From Carcharhinus longimanus (taxonomy: Eukaryota), in assembly GCA_030264375.1 (NCBI GenBank), contig JASCQW010000119.1, positions 10,742,249 through 10,806,248 of the forward strand: a stretch of 64,000 bases of DNA, in the 5' to 3' direction. A model generated the notes under the pieces. It was given only the letters and a program-made list of their open reading frames with translations. It had not been told where the DNA came from and did not search any database. The translations under genes were made by a program, and so were the position numbers. Of this stretch, positions 50,571-62,089 are shown piece after piece. Positions within the stretch are counted from its first letter, which is position 1. Every line of letters starts with the position of its first letter.

Positions 50571-50934
50571 TCTATCCCCCTTACGCGTGAATCCTCTATT
50601 CTTCCTTCCTTTCTTCACTCCCCCCTTCTNNNNNNNNNNNNNNNNNNNNNNNNNNNNNNNNNNNNNNNNNNNNNNNNNNNNNNNNNNNNNNNNNNNNNNN
50701 NNNNNNNNNNNNNNNNNNNNNNNNNNNNNNNNNNNNNNNNNNNNNNNNNNNNNNNNNNNNNNNNNNNNNNNNNNNNNTCTCCTTTCTTTCTTNNNNNNNN
50801 NNNNNNNNNNNNNNNNNNNNNNNNNNNNNNNNNNNNNNNNNNNNNNNNNNNNNNNNNNNNNNNNNNNNNNNNNNNNNNNNNNNNNNNNNNNNNNNNNNNN
50901 NNNNNNNNNNNNNNNNNNNNNNNNNNNNNNTCGT

Positions 50935-51232
50935 GGATGGCACGGCGGCACATTGGTAGATATTGCTGTGTCATGGCGCCAGGGACCTGGGTTCGAACCC
51001 AGCTTGGGTAGAGTCTATGTGAAGTTTGCACATTCTCTCCATGTCATTGTGGCTTTCTTGCGGCTACTCCAGTTTCGTCCTATAGCTATAAAGATGTACC
51101 AGTTAAGTGCACTGGCTATGCTAGATTCTGCCTCAGCGCACCCAAACAAGCTTCTAAGCATGACAACTAGGAGAGTTTCACAACGGCATCGTTGCAGTAT
51201 TAATGAAGACCTATTACCGAAACAAATACAAT
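50935..51232 (+). mobile_element. tRNA-derived V-type SINE flanked by TC-rich simple repeats
   Basis: GGCACGGCGGCACATTGGTAG..GGGTTCGAACCC, core GTTTGCACATTCTCTCC, tail TTGCAGTATTAATG. Confidence 0.8.
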
Positions 51233-51419
51233 TTAAACAATCCTTCCTCCCCTCAATCCTTCCTCCTTTCTTCCATTTACCCTACATCTCTTCAAATCTT
51301 TCCTTATCTCCCTATGTTCTCACGTATTGTTTTGTTTTGTCGATTGTTTCCTGATCGGTGCATAATTATGTGCCTTACAGAACTGACAAAATTGAAAGGA
51401 GTTATTAGTGATATGGGTA

Positions 51420-52452
51420 AGTAAGTAAATTTTGTTTGGTTTCATTACCCAGCAAGGGATATATTCATTTAACTAAACGTTTGACGATGATATTGGAAGT
51501 ATTAGCGTGAATGGATTCTAAGTAATCATCCACACTCGGGCCTGTTCAAATCATCAGTGTATTGAACTCCCACGCCAGTAAGGGGAAGTCATAAGGCAAG
51601 GCCAAATGCCACTCCATTGAGGCAAAGAAAATACATCAGCTTTTATACAGTTACTCGGCCCATCTCGGCCGTAAACAATCCGATCCAAAAAGCTATTGAT
51701 TACTGCACCATCCCCTCGATCCAACTAGAGTGACTATTCATCACAGTGGAGGTGTCTTGGTGATCAGCAGTTATACTCTTGGCACCCTGGTAATGAATAC
51801 CCGATTTATCACTTAGAGATTTGGTTGGGATCCATGGGTATCTCTGCTAAGCATGCCATTATCTCCTCTTGTTCCAGTCCCTGACTTGATGATTAGCATA
51901 TAAGCATGGATTATTTCCTTTCCGTCAACATGGGCGTCATCCCTTCACAAAACCACCTAACTTTTTTTTCTCTCAGAATGAAATCCTCTCTCCTTTTTTT
52001 TTTTAAGTATTGTTCCCAGTTGGAATTCGAATTGGGTGAACAATGCCATCCTGTTCCCCCGTAGATTGACACAACAAACTCGTATTATCTTCTCTGCCCC
52101 TATCATGCTATGTCCTCCAGCTTGGGCACGCATGCTTTGTTGGGAAATTTTGGCGTAAGCTGCAGGTCTTTCTTCCTTTGTGATTTGGGAAATTCGCCAG
52201 GGACTCATGCTGACCACGTAATCAGATCCTAGTCTGACGGTTCAGCCACTCGATATGGTATTGGGCTGCTGATGACTGCAACTGTCATGGTTTAAGGCAC
52301 GGATATTGTTTGATAAAGCGGCTAGTCATCCTCCAATGTTACACACTAGCATTCTGGAGATTTTAAAAAAAATTACTCATTCAACATACTTATGCTTAAA
52401 ACATCTGAATTTTCTCTACGTACACATACATATATGCAGGTGCTCTGCCACA
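51420..52452 (-). mobile_element. Candidate 3' region/LTR of the second ERV
   Basis: Lies downstream of the env fragment. TG start at 52452 is positionally equivalent to 15145. GTATAAAAGC TATA-like motif at ~51648-51639. Boundaries uncertain. Confidence 0.3.
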
Positions 52453-52679
52453 TTTCCGTACTAACACGCCATTTTGGTAATGGACTATCCCTAGTCCTAT
52501 TTAACCGAATAATCCTGTAACCTTCCCAAACTTATTTTAAACAATGCCTTTTCGCCTGGGTATTTCCCGCCTGATCATGCTGGCCAATCACGTATTTCCT
52601 TTAATTCCGATCACATTTTCATCATCTCAATGTGTCTGTTGCCAATCCAAGTCTGCGCTATAATTGCCCTTTGATATTC

Positions 52680-53130
52680 CCTCACTTAAACTGACGTCCT
52701 TTTCCACAAAATGCATCCTTGGCAGGATCGACAGATCATTTCTCCTCATGTCTAACCTAACAATCGGGCTCCTACCAATATATGCGCAATCATTTGCATC
52801 CAACCATGGATATCAACATTCGTTCCGCAATCCAATTTGTTCCACCTTTAGCTCCAGCTAGGCGTCTATTTCCAGAACTCCGATCTCATTTTCTAACTGG
52901 TGGTAAGGTTTAACGGACTGCGCAATTCGGAGTCTTCATTGTCTGAGCATTTTCACAAGATGAATAGGGACTGATTTTGCCTTTTCGTATTCCTGTAGAT
53001 TGTCACGGAGAGGATTAGGAACGTGGATGGACTCCTTCCTTCTCTGTATATGTGGAACATTCAAACATTCCCTTTGAGGAATGGTCACTAGAGTTGAACA
53101 AAACAAAAATGAGCATAGTGTGGGGGAATG
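52680..53130 (-). pseudogene. env: Second, diverged ERV env fragment (HR2-MPER-TM) homologous to 15301-15800
   Basis: LRDNLQEYEKAKSVPIHLVKMLRQ*RLRIAQSVKPYHQLENEIGVLEIDA and LDCGTNVDIHGWMQMIAHILVGARLL align with VHDTLQDNKEPELSPIPHLAETLRELR..YHQLQTKIQTLGKDT and LDWGNNINIHPWI*IISHMIAGLQLL. Confidence 0.75.
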
Positions 53131-53149
53131 TGGACATGAAGTTTCAGTG

Positions 53150-53739
53150 GTTAAGACAACTCACTTTCCACTCCTCTGCTGAGGGGTTCGTGGTGCAAAA
53201 ACAATTTCCGCTTCAAGTCGCGAAGTATTACGAGAATGAAGGCATAAAACGATAGGGCTTTTTTATCCAACAAAAAGAGCACGGCAACTTTGATATACAT
53301 TTGGAATATCTGACTGCTATGAAAGAAGATGCACAAACAGTTTGAATTCACACGTCCAGCCCACAAACATGACGGTCGGAAAGTACTTCACATACACTCA
53401 TACATTTCTGAGATGCACACAGTCAACCGCGTAGGGCAGTTGTTTCATAACATTCACGTAGCGACTATCCGCATAAATTGATGGGTTTCGTCCGATGAAA
53501 CTCTGCATTTGTTCTCTTTTAGAAAAGTCTGGAAAGTTGCTGCCAGATGGTGAGTTGTAACAATGGCCATTCTACATCGTAAGTTCAGTTACATCGTCAG
53601 TCAATTTAGCCAAGGGATCAATTATTTTTAAAAACTCATCAGGCATTAATTGCTAGATAGTATAGGTGGTTTCTCTGGTTGGTATTATAAAAATACTAAT
53701 GTCACGTTAGATTACTAGTGTGATTTTAATTTTGTTTGG
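53150..53739 (-). pseudogene. Ambiguous decayed coding segment: LRR-like exon or upstream env
   Basis: Follows acceptor-like TTTTCTGTTGCAG. IPTRETTY, LKIIDPLAKLTDDVTELTM, FPDFSKREQMQSFIGRNP and ISKLPCSF look LRR-like, but DCVHLRNV*VCEVLSDRHVCG could also be env. Confidence 0.25.
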
Positions 53740-54089
53740 CTGCAACAGAAAACCAAAATTTGTAGAATGTACTTCAAATTGCGGCACCATCAATTTTAAT
53801 CTGTACATTTCTTTCGTATTCAACACAAAAATGTGTGACTGTTCTTGAAGAATTGCATGACGATTTCAAAAGTATTGCCGAATATTAAGCAGAAGTTTCT
53901 GTTTAAACAGCGATACACAAGCGTCAACTGAGTATCTATGTTTACTCTTCGCTTTACAGATAAAACGCTCCTTGACAAAACCATCGGTAAGTTAGTTTGC
54001 GACAAGCATATTAACTTATTTACCAAATCACGAAAGTTGCTGAGGAATCAGCGTCGAATCAAGTTCATGTGATTCCACTTTAAACATTT

Positions 54090-56240
54090 CGCCCCAAGCA
54101 AAGTACCCATTGATTCTCTTCCTGTTTGTTTGACTTCATTCTTTGAATTGCTGATCTCCGAAAACAGAATGTTTGTCTGCCGATCTCAAATAATCTATCC
54201 CTATTCCTATCAATTGAGCCCGCTTAATACCTTTCCTTATATCATCCTTGCTTCTTTTCTCAATCACCTTCAATCGGTGTACTCCTGTTCTCAAAGCGTC
54301 TGCCAATTGCAGCACTTACCCACCAACCAATCCTTATGAGACCCGTCATAATATCGTATGCCTCTTTAAACGATTCTAGTTAACCGTCCTTCTCCGATTT
54401 GGACATCCAGCACTTCTGCAACCTATCCATATACCCAAAGTCACTGGGTCAATGAACTTGTTCCCATACATTTTTGCTGCATATTTACCAGTGGCATCAG
54501 CGCATGCTTAACATGCACAGAATTGGTCAGGTCACGGCAAACCTGTTTTTTTTTCTTTCTTGCAGTATTGTGAGTAGCAGCGACAATAATATTGCAATTT
54601 GCATTATTATTATCGCCATATTAAACCAAATGTGTGTATTATGATGTGATTATTGTTAATATCTGAATGGGCCTTGCACCTCGCCTCATGCACTTACACA
54701 AATTATTCTCTAGAAGCAGAGTCAGTATTGCCCAAGACACACAAAGAAATAACATAAATTTTAAAGAGACGCCAGGAATTTTTCCCCTTATAACCTTTAT
54801 CAACCCATGCACTTACGATGATAACTGAGGCTTTCCCAGTTTCATTTCGTGTTCTGTGCCACTCTATTGTTTTTTTTAACCCTGCTGTATCCTTCTCAGC
54901 AGTTAACATTCTATCAGAACTAACATGGCCCCACGATTTTTATCTTGATTTCCACCAAATGGAACCTTGACCATTTTTACGGCAATGTATCATCCCAACG
55001 CCCTCTCTTACTCTCGCGATTTCATAGTGCATCTCTCTCTCCATCCAATTCCGTTATGATACTCCCAGTCCTACAGCCATTCGTTCTTGAACGGCTTTTA
55101 TTCTGGAACACCTAGCATCCATTACCCATATTCTAATCGCGTTATTTACTATCCAGGACATATTATACGTAAGACCACAAGACCCTAGAAATTCTGGTCA
55201 GTTCGGCCCCTCTAACCTGCTCCTCAATTCAATAGGATTATAGCTGGTCCGACATTTTTTGCATCCATTTTCCTGTCTGGGACTTTTAAAGATGACGATA
55301 TTACTGAGCAAAAAATTGTGTAGTTCAATCCCTCAGTATACTGAAGGACAATATTTCCTTTGAAAGGGAATAGGAAGTCGCACAACCGTGGAAAGATAAA
55401 CTGCACTTCTTAGTGTTTTACTTATGATCTTGGCCTATCCCAAGGAAGAATCCATCATTTCAGAATTTACACCGGCAGCTCCATTATGGATCACATATAT
55501 ATCAATGAGATTACCTATCACTCTTGACAATTTCAATGGGTAGACTCCCAGCCTGTTTACAATTTCCTCGTGAGGCCATCACTCTAGACCGAGCATTATC
55601 CTTTTGAAAGTGTTCTGAACTGTCTGCAATTACGTAATATTGTCATTCCTTAAGTAAGAGTACCACAGTGTTCACAGCCCTTCAGAGGATGTCTGATCAG
55701 AGCCTTGTATAGCTAAAACTAGATTTGTCTCTTCTTATAACCCAGCTCCCATTAATAAAGGCCACATTCCATTTGCCTTCTTGGTTACCTGTTGTGCCTA
55801 TGTGCTAACGTTCTGTGTTTCCTGCACATTGGCACTTTTTTTTAGTAGATTCTCTCCGTTGAATCAATACTTCTTCGTTTGTTCTCCATTGTGAATGAAC
55901 AATTTCTTTTCTCCCACATACATGCAATTCGTCAGTGTTCTGTCCAATGACGTAACCTAGAAATATGTAAAAATTTGGTATCACATTCGTAAATTGTGTT
56001 TTCGTCTATGTTTGTTTCGTCTGCAAAGTTGGCTACAGCACATTTATTTCCAACCTTCTAGTTCATAAATAGGTATTGTAAACAGATATGAGTCCAGGAC
56101 TGATTCGTATGGAATCCCGGTTGCTATATGTTGTCAATCTGAGAATGAACGACTTATCTCCACTCGTTGTTTCATGTCCATCACCCAATTATGTATCCAT
56201 GTCAAATTAGGACTTCCAAACATGGGTTTTCACTTAATGT
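54090..56240 (-). mobile_element. Several CR1 fragments (3' part 54090-54540; endonuclease 54690-55165; RT-to-3' 55170-56240)
   Basis: Reverse complement shows NFADET (~56040-56015), the LIRHPL..CEHCGTLT degenerate motif and a CR1 tail TAAGACCACAAGAC at 55170. Confidence 0.75.
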
Positions 56241-56449
56241 CCCAGTCTCCATCTATTTTGTGACTTGCACGATTATCGATGTACACTACGAACCATGTGG
56301 ACCTATTGTACAAATTGTTCCTTAATGTCTCCTCAGCCATTATTCACACTTTTTGCATTTTCCCAATATTTATATTTCTTCACCACTTTAACATACGTTT
56401 TCATTGTTGCTGTTACACTATCGTTCTGAAATCCTGAAATTGCTCTAAA

Positions 56450-57590
56450 ATCGTAGTTGCACTTGCAAACCAGTTTTATATTCCTTTCTAAGGACAGTTT
56501 AAAAAAGGCTATTCATGAACCAACAGTATTTTTAGCAAGACATTTACCAGTCCGAAGCCTCTAAGCGATTTTGTACCGTCAAGAGGCACTAGATGTAAAC
56601 TCCGGGTTAATTCCTTATGGATCACGACCATATCTATTAGGTCAAATAAAATATTAATGACAATTACAAGATACCACCGTATTGCCTTGAAATAAAGAAT
56701 AGTTCAGATTCAGCATGACACCCCATTGACGGTAACAAAACATATTTTTTTCTTGTCCCAGAACTAGAAAATACGAAGGATAAACTTAAAGAAGCAGGTG
56801 AGAAATCATTCCATTGGCTTCTATTGAGTAGTTTATAGTTTTCCACGCCAAAGTACGAAATTAATTATAAATTGACCAGGCCAGTGTTTGTGTCTTGCAC
56901 AAGTCTTGTCTTGTTCTACTTAACTTAATCCTATCCAAGTGTCCTTACATATATTTCGTGGCAGAAATTCACTGTGATTTTGCGTCCAAGCTCTTTACAT
57001 CAACTGATTCACCTGGGAGGAATGAATGTTCTGAACACACTCAGAGCAATTAGGTTGTGATCAATGGATTTTTGATGTCATTCATTTGTGACCATTTTCC
57101 ACAATTTCTTCCATATTTAAGGTGCAAAATGGGGACATCTTATTGGAATGCACTCAAAGTGATATTTTGTGGTTTCTTAATATCTCATTACGTTGCTTCC
57201 TGGTATTTTTTTTTGGGCAGCAAATGATAATAATAATAACAGTTCCTTCTTTTTTTTCGACAGTTATAGAAACTCGATTCTGATGTCATTGCAACAAATC
57301 ATTTCTAGATCATCCTTCGCAATTTCTTTGGCAATACAGATTGGAAATATTGAACATTGATGGTTTATAATATATAGCCTGTATTCACTGAAGCAAGTGT
57401 GTTGCTTCAATGATTTTGGACTGACATGTTCGCATTTTTTTGTATCCGCTGTAACATAATGATTTACCACAACTTAACCGCAGCAAAGATGTCACATGAT
57501 TTCCATTAATCGAGATTGCAAAACTATGCTTAAAACTGAAGCTATTATTCAATGGTTTAAACAAATAATTGTGCAAATTTCCCTAGGCAC
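56450..57590 (-). pseudogene. Decayed TLR-like LRR/LRRCT fragment, truncated by CR1
   Basis: NYLFKPLNN..ISINGNHVTSL, SIDHNLIAL, TGLVNL and MLNLNYSLFQGNTVVSCNCH (~56716-56657; last LRR + CxC of LRRCT), then DGTKSLRGF. Confidence 0.4.
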
Positions 57591-57651
57591 TTAACCAATC
57601 AGCTGATGGCCTATATCACAGTTGTACGTCAGGCCAATGCGGAACTACAGA

Positions 57652-57871
57652 TGTAACAACGGAACACACGAAATGCCTGGAAAGGTTCAACTGTGAAAGT
57701 TCAATTTCAGGCTGCTCGGACGCTGGGAAGTTACGTTTAATTCGAAGAAGGCGCCAGTGACTTAAATCCATGCAAATGGACTTTATTTATCCAGAATGTT
57801 CCGCGTTACAAAATCTAAACAATTACGCCTGATGTAAGCTCACAGCAGGCGCTCTTACACTCCCCCCTATT
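57652..57871 (-). mobile_element. Candidate short LTR with adjacent polypurine tract
   Basis: Minus strand AATAGGGGGGAG then TGTAAG (57859) ... AATAAA (~57785) ... GTTACA (57652), giving TGTAA/TTACA termini. Confidence 0.35.
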
Positions 57872-58039
57872 CATATGACTGTACACATAAATCACCAGAG
57901 CACTCGACAGATAAGAGCCCTAGATTTCTTCTGACGTTCCCCGACACCAGAGATTTGTGTGCCCAATCTGATGGCCCCCTCTAGCCTAAAAATATTCCCG
58001 AACCTATTATTCGAACCAAACTACCACCTCAAACCTGCA

Positions 58040-58925
58040 GGTGATACCAATATTGAAGGCATAGTGGGCAGTCAAGAAGGTTATCGAGGATTGCAGCAGG
58101 ATCCTGATCAATTGGGCCAGGAGGTTGACGAATGGCCGATGGAGTTAATTCTGCACATATGCGAGGTTATACATTCTGGTAAAACGAACCAGGGCAGGAT
58201 TGGCTGGTAGGGCATTGGGACACTTATAAAACAAAGGGATCTAGGGGTGAAGTTTCTTAGCTCCTCGAAAATGTAGTCAGAGATAAGCAGAGTGATGAAG
58301 AAGGCATTCAACGTGTTTGGTTTCATTGGTCAGAACATTGAATACAAGAGTTGGGACCTCTTGTTGAAGTTGTACAAGACATTGGTAAAGCCACACTTGG
58401 AATACTGTATACAGTTCTGGTCACCCTATTATACAAATGATTTTATTAAACAAAAGAGTGCAGAAAAAAAATTACTAGGGTGCTACTGAGAATTGATGGT
58501 TTGAGAAATGAGGAGATAGTCTGGGACATCTTTCTCGGGAGCATAGGAGGTTGAGAGATGATTTCATAGAGGCCTACAAAATAATGAGGGGCATAGATCA
58601 GCTAGACAATCAATGTCATTTCCCAAAGGTAAGGGAATCTGGGAGTAGATGGCATAGATTTAAAATGAGAGGTGAGAAATACAAAAGGGCCCAGAGGAAC
58701 ATTTTTTCTTCACGCAGAGGATGGTGATTGTCTGCCAACTTTTAGTAGGAGAGACAGGTGCAATTTTGACTTTCAAAAAGCGTTCAGACAGCTACATGGG
58801 TAAGATGGCTTCAGAGGGGTATGGAACAAACGGGGGCAATTAGGACAAGCTTCGTGAATAAAAAAGGCGGCATGCGCAAGTTAGCCCAAAGTCCTATTTG
58901 CATGCTGTAAACATCTATGACTCAA
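58040..58925 (+). mobile_element. CR1 RT C-terminus to 3' end
   Basis: GDTNIEGIVGSQEGYRGLQQD..CEVIHSGKTNQGR and LKLYKTLVKPHLEYCIQFWSPYY. Confidence 0.93.
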
Positions 58926-59094
58926 ACCGATTGCATGCACCCCCGCCAATGAAGTTGGAGTCAATCATACCCAACTACAGATTTCCTCAGGGCAGTCACG
59001 CCACTGGCGGAGTCTGGTTGCTCGCCGAGAACATGAATACACTCACAGATGCATTGTAATGTTATTTTTTGCAACTCAACTATCCTGCAATGAG

Positions 59095-59425
59095 AAACAC
59101 TCACACATCTAGCAAACAGTCCCTTTTGCGACGATAATCGACTCACTCAGGAATGCTTCCAATTATTTCACCTTCATCAATTATTCATCAAACTCAGTCA
59201 TATCGCTCATACCATCCATCTACTAAACTCACGCATTTATCTGGCAAATCAAATAAACAACACAGCAGATTATCCAGCCACATACGGACCGAAGCAAATA
59301 CACATCTACCGGTGATCATGACCATCCATCCAGTCATCAATCTGCTAGTCCATTCGCTCCACCATTCACCCAGTCAAGCATTTACCCATGCATTTAATAA
59401 TACTCACAACCACACAGATTCGTCA
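59095..59425. repeat. Degenerate CATT/CATC/CACT-rich low-complexity tract
   Basis: Repeated ACTCA/CATCCA/CATTCA units. Confidence 0.5.
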
Positions 59426-59563
59426 GACGACTGCATCTTGAAATACATTCCCGAATCCGAAAGCAAAAAAAAATGCATGTAACCGCTCTTTTCACCGACT
59501 CTTCTCAGCTTGATGGAGTTTTCCAGAGGCGCAGCATTTCACAGTTTTTTTTTTATTATTCAG

Positions 59564-60860
59564 TTAGAATGGAAACATCTCTGACGAAATAGTCACAGAT
59601 TTCGTGTCCAGAGTTTTATTGAGCCACGATATTGCCACTGACTGAATGATTAAAATCGACGATCGCGGGTGGGGGCAAGGCAGGGGGAGAGGTGTAGGAA
59701 GATGATGGAGGCGAGTCAGGTTTAGAATGTTAGAAAAGGAAGAGATTGATTCCATGCAACGTTTAATTTAGTGTGCTTTGTTATTCAAATAACANNNNNN
59801 NNNNNNNNNNNNNNNNNNNNNNNNNNNNNNNNNNNNNNNNNNNNNNNNNNNNNNNNNNNNNNNNNNNNNNNNNNNNNNNNNNNNNNNNNNNNNNGCTTTG
59901 TTATTCAAATAGCAATGTCTTATTCTTGTCATTATTTAGAAGATAAGCTGGACAAGGTAGAGAAAGGTAAAGAGAACAACAGCAAATACCCTTTCCATTT
60001 TTTATTTGTCTGAACTGCATCCTTGGATACATTAAATATTGCGGGTCATTCGGAACTAATTGTAAATTTAAAATAAGTTGACTATTATCCAAAATTGACA
60101 TCCATCCACTTTCTGTAACATGATTACAAATTGTCTAAAGTTAGTGGTGGGAATAGTTACAGGAAGTAACTTTGAGTGACAGAGTGGGCAGTGTAGTGGT
60201 TAGCACTGCTGTTTCACAGCGCAGGGACCCGGCTTGGATCACTGTCTGTGTGGTGCGTGCCCGTTCTACCCGTGTGTGCGTGGGTTTCCTCTGTCTCCTC
60301 CGGTTTTCGCCCACATTCTGAAAGGTGTGCAGGTTGTGTGTATTGACCCACACACGCGCGGGTCTGAGGCGACGACGGGAATTTCACAGTAACTTCATTG
60401 CAGCCTTACTTGTGACTAATAAATACATTAAAAAAAAGAATGCATCGGCAATTTTGGGAACAAAGACTAGTGATGAATATCAATATAGATCTGATCGCAT
60501 TTCGGAACCAAAAGTATATTTTTTACAACATAAATATATTCTATATTTAAAATACATTTGACGCTGAAACACGTCATTGAATCCAACTTTCAGTATTTGA
60601 TCACAGATGATGTTTTAACTTTCTTGATAGTACATTTCTGATCTGTGTCCACAGTAATAGAACAGTTTATTACTCAATGATGCCTCTGTTGCAAACACTC
60701 GAGGAATGCGCGTGAACGCAACATCGACTATGAAGTGAAACGTGGAAGAACGTCCCCAGTGATAAACAGGCGTTTGGCTATCCAGGAGAGGCGGCAAAGT
60801 GGCTTCACTGGTGCATTCAGGGAAAGGTGGGCCCAGCAACATCTACGAAGAAATGGGAAG
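59564..60860 (+). pseudogene. Possible decayed LRR (TLR-like) ectodomain fragment interrupted by a gap and a SINE
   Basis: LSHDIATD*MIKIDDR, FRMLEKEEIDSMQRLI, LDTLNIAGH, PKLTSIHF and MPLLQTLE. Confidence 0.33.
60185..60438 (+). mobile_element. tRNA-derived V-type SINE
   Basis: GTAGTGGTTAGCACTGCTGTTTCACAGCGCAGGGACCCGG, core GCGTGGGTTTCCTC, tail AACTTCATTGCAG..TTGTGACTAATAAA. Confidence 0.88.
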
Positions 60861-60920
60861 CGGATGATCCGCTTTCAAGGACCGGGCCAGTAAGACTCAG
60901 GCAAAGAGCAGGCAGAGTGT

Positions 60921-61101
60921 ATCATAGAATCATAGATACCCTACACTGCGGAAAAAGGTCATTTGGCCCATCAATCTGCACCGAGCACAGTCCCACCCAG
61001 GTCCTACCCCCTTAACCCTACATATTTACCCGCTAATACTTCTAACCTAAGCATCTCAAGACACAAGTGCGCAATTTTAGCATGGCCAATCAACCTAACC
61101 T
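60921..61101 (-). mobile_element. HE1-like SINE 3' part (runs into gap)
   Basis: ATCATAGAATCATAGA tail and GCAATTTTAGCATGGCCAATCAACCTAACC. Confidence 0.8.
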
Positions 61102-61577
61102 NNNNNNNNNNNNNNNNNNNNNNNNNNNNNNNNNNNNNNNNNNNNNNNNNNNNNNNNNNNNNNNNNNNNNNNNNNNNNNNNNNNNNNNNNNNNNNNNNNN
61201 NNNNNNNNNNNNNNNNNNNNNNNNNNNNNNNNNNNNNNNNNNNNNNNNNNNNNNNNNNNNNNNNNNNNNNNNNNNNNNNNNNNNNNNNNNNNNNNNNNNN
61301 NNNNNNNNNNNNNNNNNNNNNNNNNNNNNNNNNNNNNNNNNNNNNNNNNNNNNNNNNNNNNNNNNNNNNNNNNNNNNNNNNNNNNNNNNNNNNNNNNNNN
61401 NNNNNNNNNNNNNNNNNNNNNNNNNNNNNNNNNNNNNNNNNNNNNNNNNNNNNNNNNNNNNNNNNNNNNNNNNNNNNNNNNNNNNNNNNNNNNNNNNNNN
61501 NNNNNNNNNNNNNNNNNNNNNNNNNNNNNNNNNNNNNNNNNNNNNNNNNNNNNNNNNNNNNNNNNNNNNNNNNNNNN

Positions 61578-62045
61578 TTCAACCGTTTCACAACCCTTTG
61601 TGTGAATAACTTCCTCCTCAACTCAGTCCTAAATTTGATTTCCCTTATTTTGAGGCTATGTCCCCTAGATTTAGTTTCAACGCCAGTGAAAACAACTTTC
61701 CTGCTTCTTTCTTATCTATTTCCTTCATAATCTCATTTTTTTTCTGTAAGATCTCCCCTCATGCTTCTGAATTCCAGTGAGTAGAGCCCCAGTCTAGTCA
61801 GTCATTGTTTATAAGACAACCCTCTTAACTCCCGAATCAATCCAGTAAATCTCTTCACACTCTTCAGTGTCATTATGTCCGTTCTCAAGTAAGAAGGCCA
61901 AGACTGTATACTGGATTCCAGTTGTGTCCTCACCAGCAACTTAGACAGCTGCAACACAACCTCGCAGTTTTTAAACTCTATCCATTTAGCAATGAAGGAC
62001 AAAATTCCATATGTCTTCTTAATTACATGCTGCACCTGCAAACCA
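61578..62045 (-). mobile_element. CR1 ORF2 C-terminal fragment
   Basis: QVQHVIKKTYGILSFIAKWIEFKNCEVVLQLSKLLVRTQLES and RRKLFTQRVV. Confidence 0.9.
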
Positions 62046-62089
62046 ACTCCTTGATTGGATTCGTGCTTGACACAGTGATATTGTTGCTA

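Noticed and set aside
50529-51354. Long ORFs in the ORF track (also 60963-61730, 46684-47132)
   Set aside because: Open only because they run through N gaps or dinucleotide repeats.
52850-53280. Apparent TIR domain on the minus strand (FYAFI, WKVSCLNH*NF, ISPY, EFWK)
   Set aside because: 52850-53130 aligns much better, and colinearly, with the env at 15301-15800. The TIR reading needed many frameshifts. This also shows how easily TLR motifs can be over-read here.
59775-59911. GCTTTGTTATTCAAATA repeated across a 100-N gap
   Set aside because: Same gap-flank artefact.
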